Shown one piece after another: positions 8,128-16,379 of a stretch of DNA of 16,379 bases; positions within the stretch are counted from its first letter, which is position 1; each line of letters opens with the position of its first letter. The DNA lies in the IMG/VR virus record IMGVR_UViG_2602041863_000003, positions 1 through 16,379 of that record. The stretch is one strand, 5' to 3'. Under the pieces are notes generated by a model. It ran no database searches and was not told where the DNA came from. It saw only the letters and a list, made by a program, of their open reading frames with translations. The DNA is from a virus. Lineage: Duplodnaviria > Heunggongvirae > Uroviricota > Caudoviricetes. The translations under genes were made by a program, and so were the position numbers.

Positions 8128-8505
8128 ATGCCCGGTAAATTCAGATTCAGTCGTCGAAGTGAGAAAAATCTGGAGGGCGTCAAACCACAGCTGGTTGCTG
8201 TTGTTCGCCGTGCGCTGGAGCTGACGGAGGTTGACTTCGGTATTACGGAAGGCCTGCGCAGTAAGTATCGCCAGAAGCAGCTGGTCGCGGAAGGGAAAAG
8301 CCAGACCATGAACAGCCGCCACCTGACCGGTGATGCGGTGGATGTTGTGGCCTACATTGGTAGCCAGGTGTCATGGGACTGGCCTCTGTACGAGAAAATC
8401 GCGCAGGCATTTAAGCAGGCTGCCGCAGAGCTGGGAACTGCCATCGAATGGGGCGGGGACTGGAAAACACTGAAAGACGGGCCTCACTTTCAGTTGAAGC
8501 GCTAA
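8128..8505 (+). CDS. Endolysin, peptidase M15 family (L-alanyl-D-glutamate peptidase-like)
   Basis: SRHLTGDAVDV (SxHxxGxAxD zinc-binding motif) and DGPHFQ (DxxH); GGAGG RBS; 125 aa. Confidence 0.8.
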   Translation: MPGKFRFSRRSEKNLEGVKPQLVAVVRRALELTEVDFGITEGLRSKYRQKQLVAEGKSQTMNSRHLTGDAVDVVAYIGSQVSWDWPLYEKIAQAFKQAAAELGTAIEWGGDWKTLKDGPHFQLKR

Positions 8506-8519
8506 TAACCAGGTGGTTT

Positions 8520-8702
8520 ATGAGCCGAAAACACTGGACACACAGAATGCCGCGAACGGCGGCGAAATGGGCACTGGTAGCGATACTGGTGCCTTTTTTC
8601 CTGGTGGGATGCGTTAGCCTGGATAAGGTGCGCCAGCTTTTCGATACGGCCTCGCAGGTCTGCGAAATTGTCGAAAGTGCCAGGCAGTGTATGCAGAACT
8701 GA
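8520..8702 (+). CDS. Small lipoprotein, possible lysis accessory/spanin-like protein
   Basis: Basic N-terminus, hydrophobic stretch WALVAILVPFFLVG and lipobox LVGC; AGGTGG RBS; lies where Rz/Rz1 sit in lambda; not proline-rich like typical o-spanins. Confidence 0.4.
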   Translation: MSRKHWTHRMPRTAAKWALVAILVPFFLVGCVSLDKVRQLFDTASQVCEIVESARQCMQN

Positions 8703-8789
8703 TCGCCTGTAAGAGCAGAATATTGTTGAATCTAAATTTACTTTGAACAGTGGCCCGGATGGAAAGGGCATCTAAATAGGAGCAGAAAA

Positions 8790-8999
8790 ATGTTAACTGT
8801 AAAAGTCATGTCTCAAAATGGTGGGGAAGAGCTCCATTGCGGGCGTAGCATTGGCTATCATCCAGAGCAGCGGAGTATTGCCGTATCGGGAAAGGATGGG
8901 AAAGTCATTCTGAAAGATGGAGATATTGCTTATGTAATGAACCAAAACGCTCAAATAATATCTGTTTATCGGCCCAATAATAGTCAGAAAAACATTTGA
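8790..8999 (+). CDS. Hypothetical small protein (69 aa)
   Basis: AGGAG RBS 7 nt upstream of ATG; AT-rich by eye; no motif recognised. Confidence 0.5.
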   Translation: MLTVKVMSQNGGEELHCGRSIGYHPEQRSIAVSGKDGKVILKDGDIAYVMNQNAQIISVYRPNNSQKNI

Positions 9000-9122
9000 A
9001 TTTCGCAAGTCCAAAGTTCAGTGGTGATCGTTATCAACTAATTGAAATAACAAGCTTATGTTTGTGTAATTGGTGATATAGCATGTTAATGCTGAATATC
9101 AGCGTCAACATGGAGTTATACA

Positions 9123-9338
9123 ATGGTTTTTAAACACTATTACGTGAACAAAAATGCTCAGAGCAATGGCGATCATGAGGTGCATGCTGAGGAATGTTCA
9201 TATCTTCCTTCTGTAGCTAACCGCGATTACCTTGGTTACTATAGTGATTGTTCTTCGGCGGTAACAGAGGCAAAGGCCAAAGGATATTCCCGGGTGAATG
9301 GTTGCTATTGGTGTGCCAATAAGTGCCACACGTCTTAA
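9123..9338 (+). CDS. Hypothetical small Cys-rich protein (71 aa)
   Basis: GGAG RBS; five Cys plus His (C..C, CxxCxxxC near C-terminus) suggest a metal-binding knuckle; terminator follows. Confidence 0.5.
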   Translation: MVFKHYYVNKNAQSNGDHEVHAEECSYLPSVANRDYLGYYSDCSSAVTEAKAKGYSRVNGCYWCANKCHTS

Positions 9339-9357
9339 TCAATTGTCAATAAACCAT

Positions 9358-9381
9358 AAAGGCCGCTCTGCGGCCTTTTTC
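9358..9381 (+). terminator. Intrinsic terminator (ggccgc-tct-gcggcc + T5)
   Basis: Perfect 6-bp GC stem, 3-nt loop, T-run, 20 nt after stop of the 9123 gene. Confidence 0.65.
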
Positions 9382-9649
9382 ATGTTAAAAAAGATTGCGG
9401 CATTACAGCAGCCCTTCACACTGAGTGGCTGCGATAATGTGAGAAATAAAAAACCGGCAGGGGAAATCCATTGAAGATTTGCCGGTGGCAAAAAGATGGC
9501 CATGCTTTCAACCTTAGTCGCAGGGTTACGGAGTGCAACTACGAATGCTGCCGGTATATGGCTGAATGGCGTTTCAATGATGTACGTCATCTTATCTGTA
9601 AATGTTAATGATAAAAGCTCTCATTTGTGCGGGTCCTTCCGGTGGGGTG

Positions 9650-9680
9650 GCCTGCCACGGGGCGGGAGCGTCGCGGAAAA
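9650..9680 (+). other. Candidate cos site (cosN-like), with cosB-like region extending to the terminase small-subunit gene
   Basis: ccacggggcgggagcgtcgcgg resembles lambda cosN (acggggcggcgacctcgcgg) as recalled; sits about 170 bp upstream of the Nu1-like gene; downstream has ttcgtcat like the lambda cosB region. Confidence 0.5.
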
Positions 9681-9845
9681 AGGCTAGTTTTTGAAATTTT
9701 ATTCGTCATCACCATCACTGTAATTGATTGATATTACAGTGATTTTATTTTTATGGTGTCGATTCTGATTGTTTTTTGTTCATCACTAACACCGTTTGCC
9801 TAAAGTTGTTCGCAAGATGCATGTTTAAAACATTCTGGAGCGGGT

Positions 9846-10340
9846 ATGGATCGAGAGTTAAAAAATCTGACGCTGAATATCAGTCAACTGGCGGCATTGT
9901 CAGGTGTACATCGCCAGACTGCTGCGGCAAGGCTGCAAAATCTACCCGTTGCAGGGGGGCATGAAAGCAACCTCAAGCTTTATCGGGTGGTTGATATTGT
10001 GTCGGCATTTCTGGCATTACCACCGCCGGTTGCAGAAGGCGAAATGGACGCGCATGAGCGCAAAGCCTGGTATCAGTCTGAACGTGAGCGTCTTAAGTTC
10101 GAACAGGAAACGGCGCAACTCATTCCGGCCAGTGATGTCAGACGGGAGTTTGCCATCTGGGCAAAAGCGGTCGTGCAGGTGCTGGAGACATTACCGGATA
10201 TTCTTGAACGTGACTGCGGTCTGCAGCCTGCCGCTGTGAGCCGTGTTCAGTCCATTATTGATGATCTGCGCGATCAGATAGCCCTGCGGGTGACCGAAGC
10301 AGGTGCGGATGATGAGGAGGAATTACAGCAGGAGGAGTAA
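9846..10340 (+). CDS. Terminase small subunit (Nu1-like DNA packaging protein)
   Basis: N-terminal wHTH-like LTLNISQLAALSGVHRQTAAARL, acidic C-terminus; GGAG RBS; stop overlaps large-subunit ATG. Confidence 0.75.
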   Translation: MDRELKNLTLNISQLAALSGVHRQTAAARLQNLPVAGGHESNLKLYRVVDIVSAFLALPPPVAEGEMDAHERKAWYQSERERLKFEQETAQLIPASDVRREFAIWAKAVVQVLETLPDILERDCGLQPAAVSRVQSIIDDLRDQIALRVTEAGADDEEELQQEE

Positions 10341-12442
10341 TGCTGAATCAGGAAACCGCAAAGGCAGCACGAACCGATTCAGGTTATATCCTTCGCGCAC
10401 CGAGACGAATGCAGGTTGCTGATGCCGTTGCTCAATATATGCGGGTGCCCATGGGGGCCGGGAACTCAGTCCCGTGGGATCCGCTGGTGGCACCGTATGT
10501 TATTGAGCCGATGAACTGCCTGGCCTCGCGTGAATACGACGCAGTGATATTTGTTGGCCCGGCACGAACCGGCAAGACTATCGGCCTGATTGACGGCTGG
10601 GTGATTTACAACGTGATTTGCGATCCTGCGGATATGCTGATCATTCAGATGACGGAGGAAAAAGCCCGCGAACACTCCAAAAAACGACTTGCCAGAACGT
10701 TTCGCGTCAGCCCGGAAGTGGTCAGTCGCCTGAGTCCGAACAAAAATGACAACAACGTTTATGACAGAACATTCCTTGCTGGTAACTACCTGAAAATCGG
10801 CTGGCCGTCAGTCAATATCATGTCCTCATCAGATTATAAATGCGTCGCGCTGACGGATTATGACCGTTTTCCGGAAGATATTGATGGCGAGGGGGATGCT
10901 TTCTCTCTTGCCTCAAAACGTACCACAACATTTATGTCCAGTGGTATGACGCTGGTGGAGAGTTCCCCCGGCAGGGATGTGAAGGATGTGAAATGGCGAC
11001 GGACTTCACCGCATGAGGCTCCACCAACCACGGGGATCCTGTCGCTCTATAACCGTGGTGATCGCCGTCGCTGGTACTGGCCCTGTCCACACTGTGGTGA
11101 GTATTTTCAGCCCTGCGGCGATGTGGTTGCTGATTTCCGTGATATTGCCGATCCCGTGCTGGCAAGTGAGGCGGCTTATATTCAGTGTCCTTCCTGTTCA
11201 GGACGGATTATGCCTGAACAAAAACGTGAGCTGAACGGACGTGGGGTCTGGTTGCGGGATGGTGAATCCATCAATGCGGATGGCAGTCGTTATGGTGATC
11301 CCCGACGCTCACGTATTGCGTCATTCTGGATGGAGGGTCCGGCAGCTGCTTACCAGACACTCTCGCAACTCGTTTACAAACTGCTTACTGCAGAACAGGA
11401 ATACGAGACAACCGGAAGTGAAGAAACACTCAAGACGGTTATCAATACCGACTGGGGATTACCTTATCTTCCCCGTGCCAGCATGGAGCAACGAAAAAGT
11501 GAACTGCTTGAGCAGCGGGCAGAGCCAGTTCTTTCCCGCAGTGTGCCGGATGGCGTTAATTTCCTTGTGGCGACAGTGGATGTGCAGGCGGGACGTCATC
11601 GCCGTTTTGTGGTTCAGGTAACGGGCTATGGCAGCCGTGGCGAACGCTGGATTATTGATCGTTACAACATCACGCAGTCATTGCGCGGTGACAGCGACGG
11701 GGAGAGCCAGCGAATTGATCCGGCCAGCTACCCGGAAGACTGGGATGTCCTGCTGACGGATGTTTTTCATAAAAGCTGGCCGCTGGCCTCCGATCCTTCT
11801 CAACAAATGCGACTGATGGCAATGGCGGTGGACTCCGGCGGTGAAGACGGGGTCACTGATAATGCCTATAAATTCTGGCGTCGTTGCCGTCGTGATGGCC
11901 TTGGTAAACGTATTTACCTGTTTAAGGGTGACAGCATCCGGCGCGCAAAACTGATCAGCCGTACATTCCCTGATAACACCGGACGAACGGGCCGCCGGGC
12001 GCAGGCCGCAGGTGATGTGCCGCTCTGGCTTCTTCAGACGGATGCCCTGAAAGACCGGGTGAATAACGCGTTATGGCGTGACTCGCCAGGTCCCGGCTAT
12101 GTGCATTTCCCTGACTGGCTGGGGAGCTGGTTTTACGACGAACTGACGTATGAAGAGCGGAGCAGTGACGGGAAATGGAGTAAGCCGGGTCGCGGTGCCA
12201 ACGAAGCTTTTGACCTGATGGTGTATGCCGAGGCTCTGGTCATTCTGCATGGATACGAAAAGATCCGCTGGCCGGATGCACCGGAGTGGGCGAGCCGGGA
12301 AACCTGGCTGGAGTGTGTCCCGGACAGTACCGAACCGTCACCCTCACCGGAACCGGTATCCACGCCTGTTAAAAAACAAAAACGGAAGAAAACAGTAACT
12401 GACGATGTTAACCCCTGGCTGACTTCCGGAGGATGGTTATGA
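10340..12442 (+). CDS. Terminase large subunit (lambda gpA-like)
   Basis: 700 aa; Walker A VGPARTGKT; CPHCGEYF zinc-finger-like motif as in lambda gpA (CPHCGE). Confidence 0.9.
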   Translation: MLNQETAKAARTDSGYILRAPRRMQVADAVAQYMRVPMGAGNSVPWDPLVAPYVIEPMNCLASREYDAVIFVGPARTGKTIGLIDGWVIYNVICDPADMLIIQMTEEKAREHSKKRLARTFRVSPEVVSRLSPNKNDNNVYDRTFLAGNYLKIGWPSVNIMSSSDYKCVALTDYDRFPEDIDGEGDAFSLASKRTTTFMSSGMTLVESSPGRDVKDVKWRRTSPHEAPPTTGILSLYNRGDRRRWYWPCPHCGEYFQPCGDVVADFRDIADPVLASEAAYIQCPSCSGRIMPEQKRELNGRGVWLRDGESINADGSRYGDPRRSRIASFWMEGPAAAYQTLSQLVYKLLTAEQEYETTGSEETLKTVINTDWGLPYLPRASMEQRKSELLEQRAEPVLSRSVPDGVNFLVATVDVQAGRHRRFVVQVTGYGSRGERWIIDRYNITQSLRGDSDGESQRIDPASYPEDWDVLLTDVFHKSWPLASDPSQQMRLMAMAVDSGGEDGVTDNAYKFWRRCRRDGLGKRIYLFKGDSIRRAKLISRTFPDNTGRTGRRAQAAGDVPLWLLQTDALKDRVNNALWRDSPGPGYVHFPDWLGSWFYDELTYEERSSDGKWSKPGRGANEAFDLMVYAEALVILHGYEKIRWPDAPEWASRETWLECVPDSTEPSPSPEPVSTPVKKQKRKKTVTDDVNPWLTSGGWL

Positions 12443-12633
12443 ACCAGAATGATATCGAAGCCATGATTCAGCGTTATACGGAAGCTGAAATGGCGGTGCT
12501 GGACGGAAAATCCGTCACCTTTAATGGTCAGCAGATGACCATGGAAAACTTATCTGAGATCCGGCAGGGACGGCAGGAGTGGGAGCGCCGCCTTGCGGCT
12601 CTGATTACACGACGACGGGGGCATCCCGGGTAG
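12439..12633 (+). CDS. Head-tail joining protein W-like (gpW family)
   Basis: About 64 aa ending ...ITRRRGHPG, like the lambda gpW C-terminus (...RRRGPAGFYV) as recalled; start overlaps terminase stop (ATG at 12433 or 12439). Confidence 0.65.
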   Translation: MNQNDIEAMIQRYTEAEMAVLDGKSVTFNGQQMTMENLSEIRQGRQEWERRLAALITRRRGHPG

Positions 12634-12688
12634 CGGTGTTTATGATGCAGATATCAGTGGTGCATCGACATTAATCCTCCACTTCAAT

Positions 12689-13063
12689 ATGAATGCGGGG
12701 AGTTGCCCTGCTGTACAGTTCCGCGTGAATTACAGGAACGGCGGTATTTTTTATCGTTCAGCGCGTGATGGTTATGGCTTTGAAGCTAACTGGTCAGAGT
12801 TTTACACCACAACACGCAAACCCTCTGCGGGGGATGTTGGTGCATATACGCAGGCAGAATGTAACTCAAGGTTTATTACAGGTATTCGCCTTGGCGGTCT
12901 GTCATCTGTTCAGACATGGAAAGGCCCCGGCTGGTCTGACAGGTCAGGTTATGTCGTTACGGGTTCAGTTAACGGAAACCGTGATGAATTAATTGATACA
13001 ACTCAGGCAAGGCCAATTCAGTATTGCATTAATGGGACGTGGTATAACGCGGGGAGTATTTAA
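12689..13063 (+). pseudogene. Side tail fibre C-terminal fragment (5'-truncated remnant fused downstream of W)
   Basis: Lies immediately upstream of a tail-fibre assembly gene; the frame stays open upstream of ATG 12689 to at least 12623 with no start, indicating a truncated gene at a deletion junction. Confidence 0.55.
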
Positions 13064-13065
13064 CG

Positions 13066-13599
13066 ATGATGCACTTAAAAAACATTACTGCTGGCAACCC
13101 TAAAACAAAAGAGCAATACCAGCTAACAAAGCAATTTAACATCAAATGGCTTTATTCAGATGATGGAAAAAACTGGTATGAGGAACAAAAGAATTTCCAG
13201 CCAGACACTTTGAAAATGGTCTATGACCATAACGGCGTTATTATTTGTATTGAAAAGGATGTTTCAGCAATTAATCCAGAGGGTGCAAGCGTCGTTGAAT
13301 TACCTGATATTACAGCAAATCGCCGGGCTGATATTTCGGGGAAATGGATGTTCAAAGATGGCGTAGTGATAAAGCGAACTTATACCGAGGAAGAGCAGAG
13401 GCAACAAGCGGAAAATGAAAAGCAAAGCCTGTTGCAACTTGTCAGGGATAAAACCCAGCTATGGGACTCACAGCTACGGCTGGGCATCATTTCCGACGAG
13501 AATAAACAAAAATTAACCGAGTGGATGCTCTATGCGCAGAAAGTCGAATCTACAGACACCTCCAGCCTGCCAGTAACATTTCCAGAACAACCAGCATGA
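13066..13599 (+). CDS. tfa: Tail fibre assembly protein (Tfa)
   Basis: 177 aa; N-terminus MMHLKNITAGNP; C-terminal LTEWMLYAQKVESTDTSSLPVTFPEQPA typical of lambdoid/e14 Tfa. Confidence 0.8.
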   Translation: MMHLKNITAGNPKTKEQYQLTKQFNIKWLYSDDGKNWYEEQKNFQPDTLKMVYDHNGVIICIEKDVSAINPEGASVVELPDITANRRADISGKWMFKDGVVIKRTYTEEEQRQQAENEKQSLLQLVRDKTQLWDSQLRLGIISDENKQKLTEWMLYAQKVESTDTSSLPVTFPEQPA

Positions 13600-13627
13600 A
13601 ACAAGGCCCGATAGCGGGCCTTAATTT

Positions 13628-13981
13628 TTATTCAGGCTTTTGTGGCCATTCAGGATTTGCCGTATCCACACGGCTGACCAGAACACTGTAGCGTCCCCAT
13701 GCTTCCAGTCGTGTGCGTTCCTCGTCTGTTGCCATATTCAGCCTGACAGCGCGTTCCAGCGGCCGAATAACGCTTTCTGCTTCGGAAAGTAACGCGGCCT
13801 TTTGTGATTCGGCCTGTTGTTGCTGTTCGTCAGCCGTATAAATCCGTTTAACGACTGCGTCGTCCTTAAACATCCACTTTCCGGAATCATCAGCGCGGCG
13901 GTTGGCTGGTGAACTTTCGATAGTGCGAGTATTGAATGATTTCCAGCCGTTATCGATTTTATATAACTGCCGTGGAATTAT
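13628..13981 (-). pseudogene. Inverted tail fibre assembly gene fragment (tfa', 5'-truncated)
   Basis: Minus-strand translation ...[31 protein letters not shown]...[25 protein letters not shown] parallels the plus-strand Tfa ([31 protein letters not shown]); frame extends upstream of Met 13873 to an in-frame stop at 13982-13984 with no start. Confidence 0.7.
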
Positions 13982-14391
13982 TCAACACACAGGAAAAACG
14001 GAATAAGCTGAGAAAAAAGCGTGCTTTCCCAATCTGGGGCAAATCACGTCTGAATGACACCTGAAAATTTCCCGTCCGTTAAGTGTCCGCCCCGAGAGAA
14101 GTGGGAACCATAACACCCTGTCGGGACGCAGAAAGAAACAATACAACTTGCAGGGATATTTTCTTGATAAAGCATGAATGAGCAAGTGATTGTTTGTGCT
14201 GGCGGGGATTTTAGGAATTTTTCTTCATTTTAATGTATAGAATTCAAACAGCAAGCGAGAGAAAGTCTTTCTGCAAAACTAAAAGAGATTTCAATAAAAT
14301 CAAGCAGTTAAAAACACGGGAAAACGGTATAAAAAAGCATCTCAAAATCCTGTTTTTTCTTTTATGTACAATGTGTTATTGCATTTTTTAA

Positions 14392-14517
14392 AATCTATCA
14401 GTGTGGTACATGGATATCGATACCACCGCCAATTATAAGCTGGGCGGTGCACAGCAACACGATAGCGTACGCCTCGATCCGTGGGTGTTTATGTTCTCAG
14501 CAGGATATCGTTTTTAA
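14392..14517 (+). pseudogene. ompW: ompW 3'-terminal fragment (likely attR-side remnant of prophage insertion)
   Basis: Frame translates NLSVWYMDIDTTANYKLGGAQQHDSVRLDPWVFMFSAGYRF*, matching the OmpW C-terminus as recalled; in-frame stop at 14389-14391 just upstream; no upstream ompW sequence. Confidence 0.75.
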
Positions 14518-14530
14518 TTCCGCACAAAAA

Positions 14531-14553
14531 CGACCCCGTAATATACGGGGTCA
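14531..14553. terminator. Bidirectional terminator between ompW remnant and yciE
   Basis: gaccccgta-atat-acggggtc hairpin flanked by A-run and T-containing sequence, between convergent genes. Confidence 0.55.
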
Positions 14554-14576
14554 ATAAGGACATTGTATAAAGGGTA

Positions 14577-15083
14577 TTATTTCTTCGCTTCTACGCCATC
14601 AGTTTCAGAGCGAATTAAAAATTTCTCAGTTGTTTGCGGAATATTCTGAATCAGCCAGTCGGCCATTTGCTTTTCCTCATTTAAAATCGCTTCGATGGTT
14701 GGAATTGAAGCTGTATCACCGGCATTTTTTGCTGCTGCTAATAGTGAGGTGTAACAGGCGATTTCAAATTGCTCGAAGACATATCCGCTAATAGAGCCTT
14801 TGACTATTTCATCAGAAGGGAATATACCACCGATTGACTGCCCAAGCGCAGCCATTTTACTCATGGAATCTTTAATGACTGAACGTGAAATGTCATTACG
14901 ATCAAGAATAGTTTCCAGTTGAACAATCTGGTTTTTGGTTTCACTAAGATGTTGTTCAATACGAGCGCGTAGTTCAGGATAATTATCTATACGGCTGGCC
15001 ATGGATTCAAGCATAGATTCGGCTTGCTTTTCCATTGCGTGGGCGTCACGTAACCAGTCATGATAATGTTCAATACGATTCAT
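14577..15083 (-). CDS. yciE: YciE (DUF892 ferritin-like stress protein)
   Basis: 168-aa translation MNRIEHYHDWLRDAHAMEKQAE... matches E. coli YciE as recalled; AGAGGA RBS. Confidence 0.9.
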   Translation of the reverse strand: MNRIEHYHDWLRDAHAMEKQAESMLESMASRIDNYPELRARIEQHLSETKNQIVQLETILDRNDISRSVIKDSMSKMAALGQSIGGIFPSDEIVKGSISGYVFEQFEIACYTSLLAAAKNAGDTASIPTIEAILNEEKQMADWLIQNIPQTTEKFLIRSETDGVEAKK

Positions 15084-15128
15084 GAAAATATCCTCTTTAT
15101 AAAATGACTAAAAGTTAAAATTCATATT

Positions 15129-15629
15129 TCAGGCTTTATTTTCGGCTTTCTTATTTACGTTATTAATGGCCAGATCAGTCAGTTTGATGTCGGTGGCCTT
15201 TTCTTCTTCCAGGGTTTCTTTCAGAAGCTTCGCTGCTTTACGGTAACCTAATTGTTCAGCCAGCGTCGCTAATGTCCCGTAACTGGCAATCTCATAATGC
15301 TCGACTTTCTGTGCTGCGGCAATCAGTGCGGCATCACGCACTTCGTTTTTCTCGGTACTTTCGATGACCTCATTAGCTTCTTCAATAAGACCTTCCATTG
15401 CCACACATTTCATGCGCTTAATTTTCAGGTTCGATTCGGACTCCACAACTTGATCAATACGTTCAATCTGTCCATGAGTTTCCTCGAGGTGCGCATGAAA
15501 AGCCTGACTTAATTTTTCATTTGATGTTGCTCTTGCGAGTTTTGCCAGTGCCCGGGTTAATTGTTTTTCTGCGCTGTAGGTATCTGAAAGCAGGTGAATA
15601 AATACATCTTCAATGGTCTTCATATTCAT
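15129..15629 (-). CDS. yciF: YciF (DUF892 ferritin-like stress protein)
   Basis: Translation from MNMKTIEDVFIHLLSDTYSAEKQ... matches E. coli YciF as recalled; start chosen at internal ATG with GGAG RBS rather than ORF-track 15677. Confidence 0.9.
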   Translation of the reverse strand: MNMKTIEDVFIHLLSDTYSAEKQLTRALAKLARATSNEKLSQAFHAHLEETHGQIERIDQVVESESNLKIKRMKCVAMEGLIEEANEVIESTEKNEVRDAALIAAAQKVEHYEIASYGTLATLAEQLGYRKAAKLLKETLEEEKATDIKLTDLAINNVNKKAENKA

Positions 15630-15714
15630 ATTTTTCTCCAGTGAAATCACTGCGAGCCATACGGCCCGCAGATGCAATTATCTTTATCAGCTGATATTAA
15701 TAATTAACGGTGAA

Positions 15715-15894
15715 TCAGGATTTGCCTGATTTATTACCACCGCTTTGTTGACCGCCTTTTTTACCCGCTTCAGATGCGCGTTGCGGATCATTTTTAAAAT
15801 TACCGCCGCTATGCTGACCGCCTTTACGGCCTGCGTCGGATGCCTTCTCACGGTCTTCGGCGAAATTTCCTGAACCACCACGATGTTCGGCCAT
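15715..15894 (-). CDS. yciG: YciG (KGG-repeat stress-induced protein)
   Basis: MAEHRGGSGNFAEDREKASDAGRKGGQHSGGNFKNDPQRASEAGKKGGQQSGGNKSGKS; KGG repeats; start at internal ATG 15894. Confidence 0.85.
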   Translation of the reverse strand: MAEHRGGSGNFAEDREKASDAGRKGGQHSGGNFKNDPQRASEAGKKGGQQSGGNKSGKS

Positions 15895-16243
15895 GTTATT
15901 TCTCCCGTTGCGTTGCATTGTTTCATTAATATGTGTGTTGTGTGTCGACACTCATTAAAATTAGTCGCTAATGAGAATTAGTCAAATTAAGCGCAGCGAG
16001 AAGATAGAGGGAAAATATATTTTGAGGAACATTCTGGATATATTAACAATTACCTGAGGAATAAGTGACTTAGAGAAAATTATTGATTTTACTGGTGTTA
16101 TGTTGCGGGATTAATTTGTTTGATTATATTACTGTTGGGCGGAAAAATGACGTAAGTTGACGTTCGACCGGGGTAAGCGAAACGGTAAAAAGATAAATAT
16201 TAAATGAATTTAGGATTTTTCCGGCTTCATTAAAGAAAGTTAA

Positions 16244-16270
16244 AATGCCGCCAGCGGAACTGGCGGCTGT
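16244..16270 (-). terminator. Terminator downstream of trpA (trp operon terminator-like)
   Basis: Minus-strand hairpin gccgccag-ttcc-gctggcggc followed by attttt right after the trpA stop. Confidence 0.55.
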
Positions 16271-16274
16271 GGGA

Positions 16275-16379
16275 TTAACTGCGCGTCGCCGCTTTCATCG
16301 GTTGTACAAAAACTTTCAGTGCCGCCAGCATTTTCTCTGGCTCATTAATATGTTGCTCGATGATTTTAACAATGGCCGA
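16275..16379 (-). CDS. trpA: Tryptophan synthase alpha subunit, 3' end (partial, runs off window)
   Basis: Reverse-complement translation ...[34 protein letters not shown] matches the TrpA C-terminus as recalled. Confidence 0.85.

Noticed and set aside
9339-9590. 83-aa minus-strand ORF and 63-aa plus-strand ORF (9496..9687) in the region upstream of cos
   Set aside because: No RBS; overlaps the terminator and the cos-proximal non-coding region; no motif
12765-12992. 75-aa ORF in an alternative frame within the tail-fibre fragment
   Set aside because: Nested entirely inside the longer tail-fibre reading frame; treated as a frame artefact
13982-14185. 67-aa minus-strand ORF at the prophage/host junction
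   Set aside because: Cys/Phe-rich nonsense-like translation, no RBS, lies in the att region

Overview
This window reads as the right arm of a lambdoid prophage inserted into the 3' end of ompW in an Escherichia-like chromosome, followed by the host genes yciE, yciF, yciG and the end of trpA. All calls rest on reading the supplied ORF translations and the sequence by eye; no searches or computations were run. Plus-strand order: a Doc/Fic-family toxin with a small upstream ORF, a nin-region zinc-finger protein, rusA, antiterminator Q and a terminator hairpin; then a cargo block of a Hanks-type Ser/Thr kinase overlapping a PP2C-type phosphatase, a small winged-helix protein, a DNA methyltransferase and four tightly packed tRNA-like genes; then a lysis cassette, two small ORFs, a lambda-like cos region, terminase small and large subunits and a W-like gene. 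W is followed directly by a 5'-truncated tail-fibre fragment, a tail-fibre assembly gene and an inverted tfa fragment, so the head and tail genes appear deleted. The strongest candidate for an undescribed system is the kinase–phosphatase pair sitting in the late-operon slot where Shiga toxin genes sit in Stx phages.
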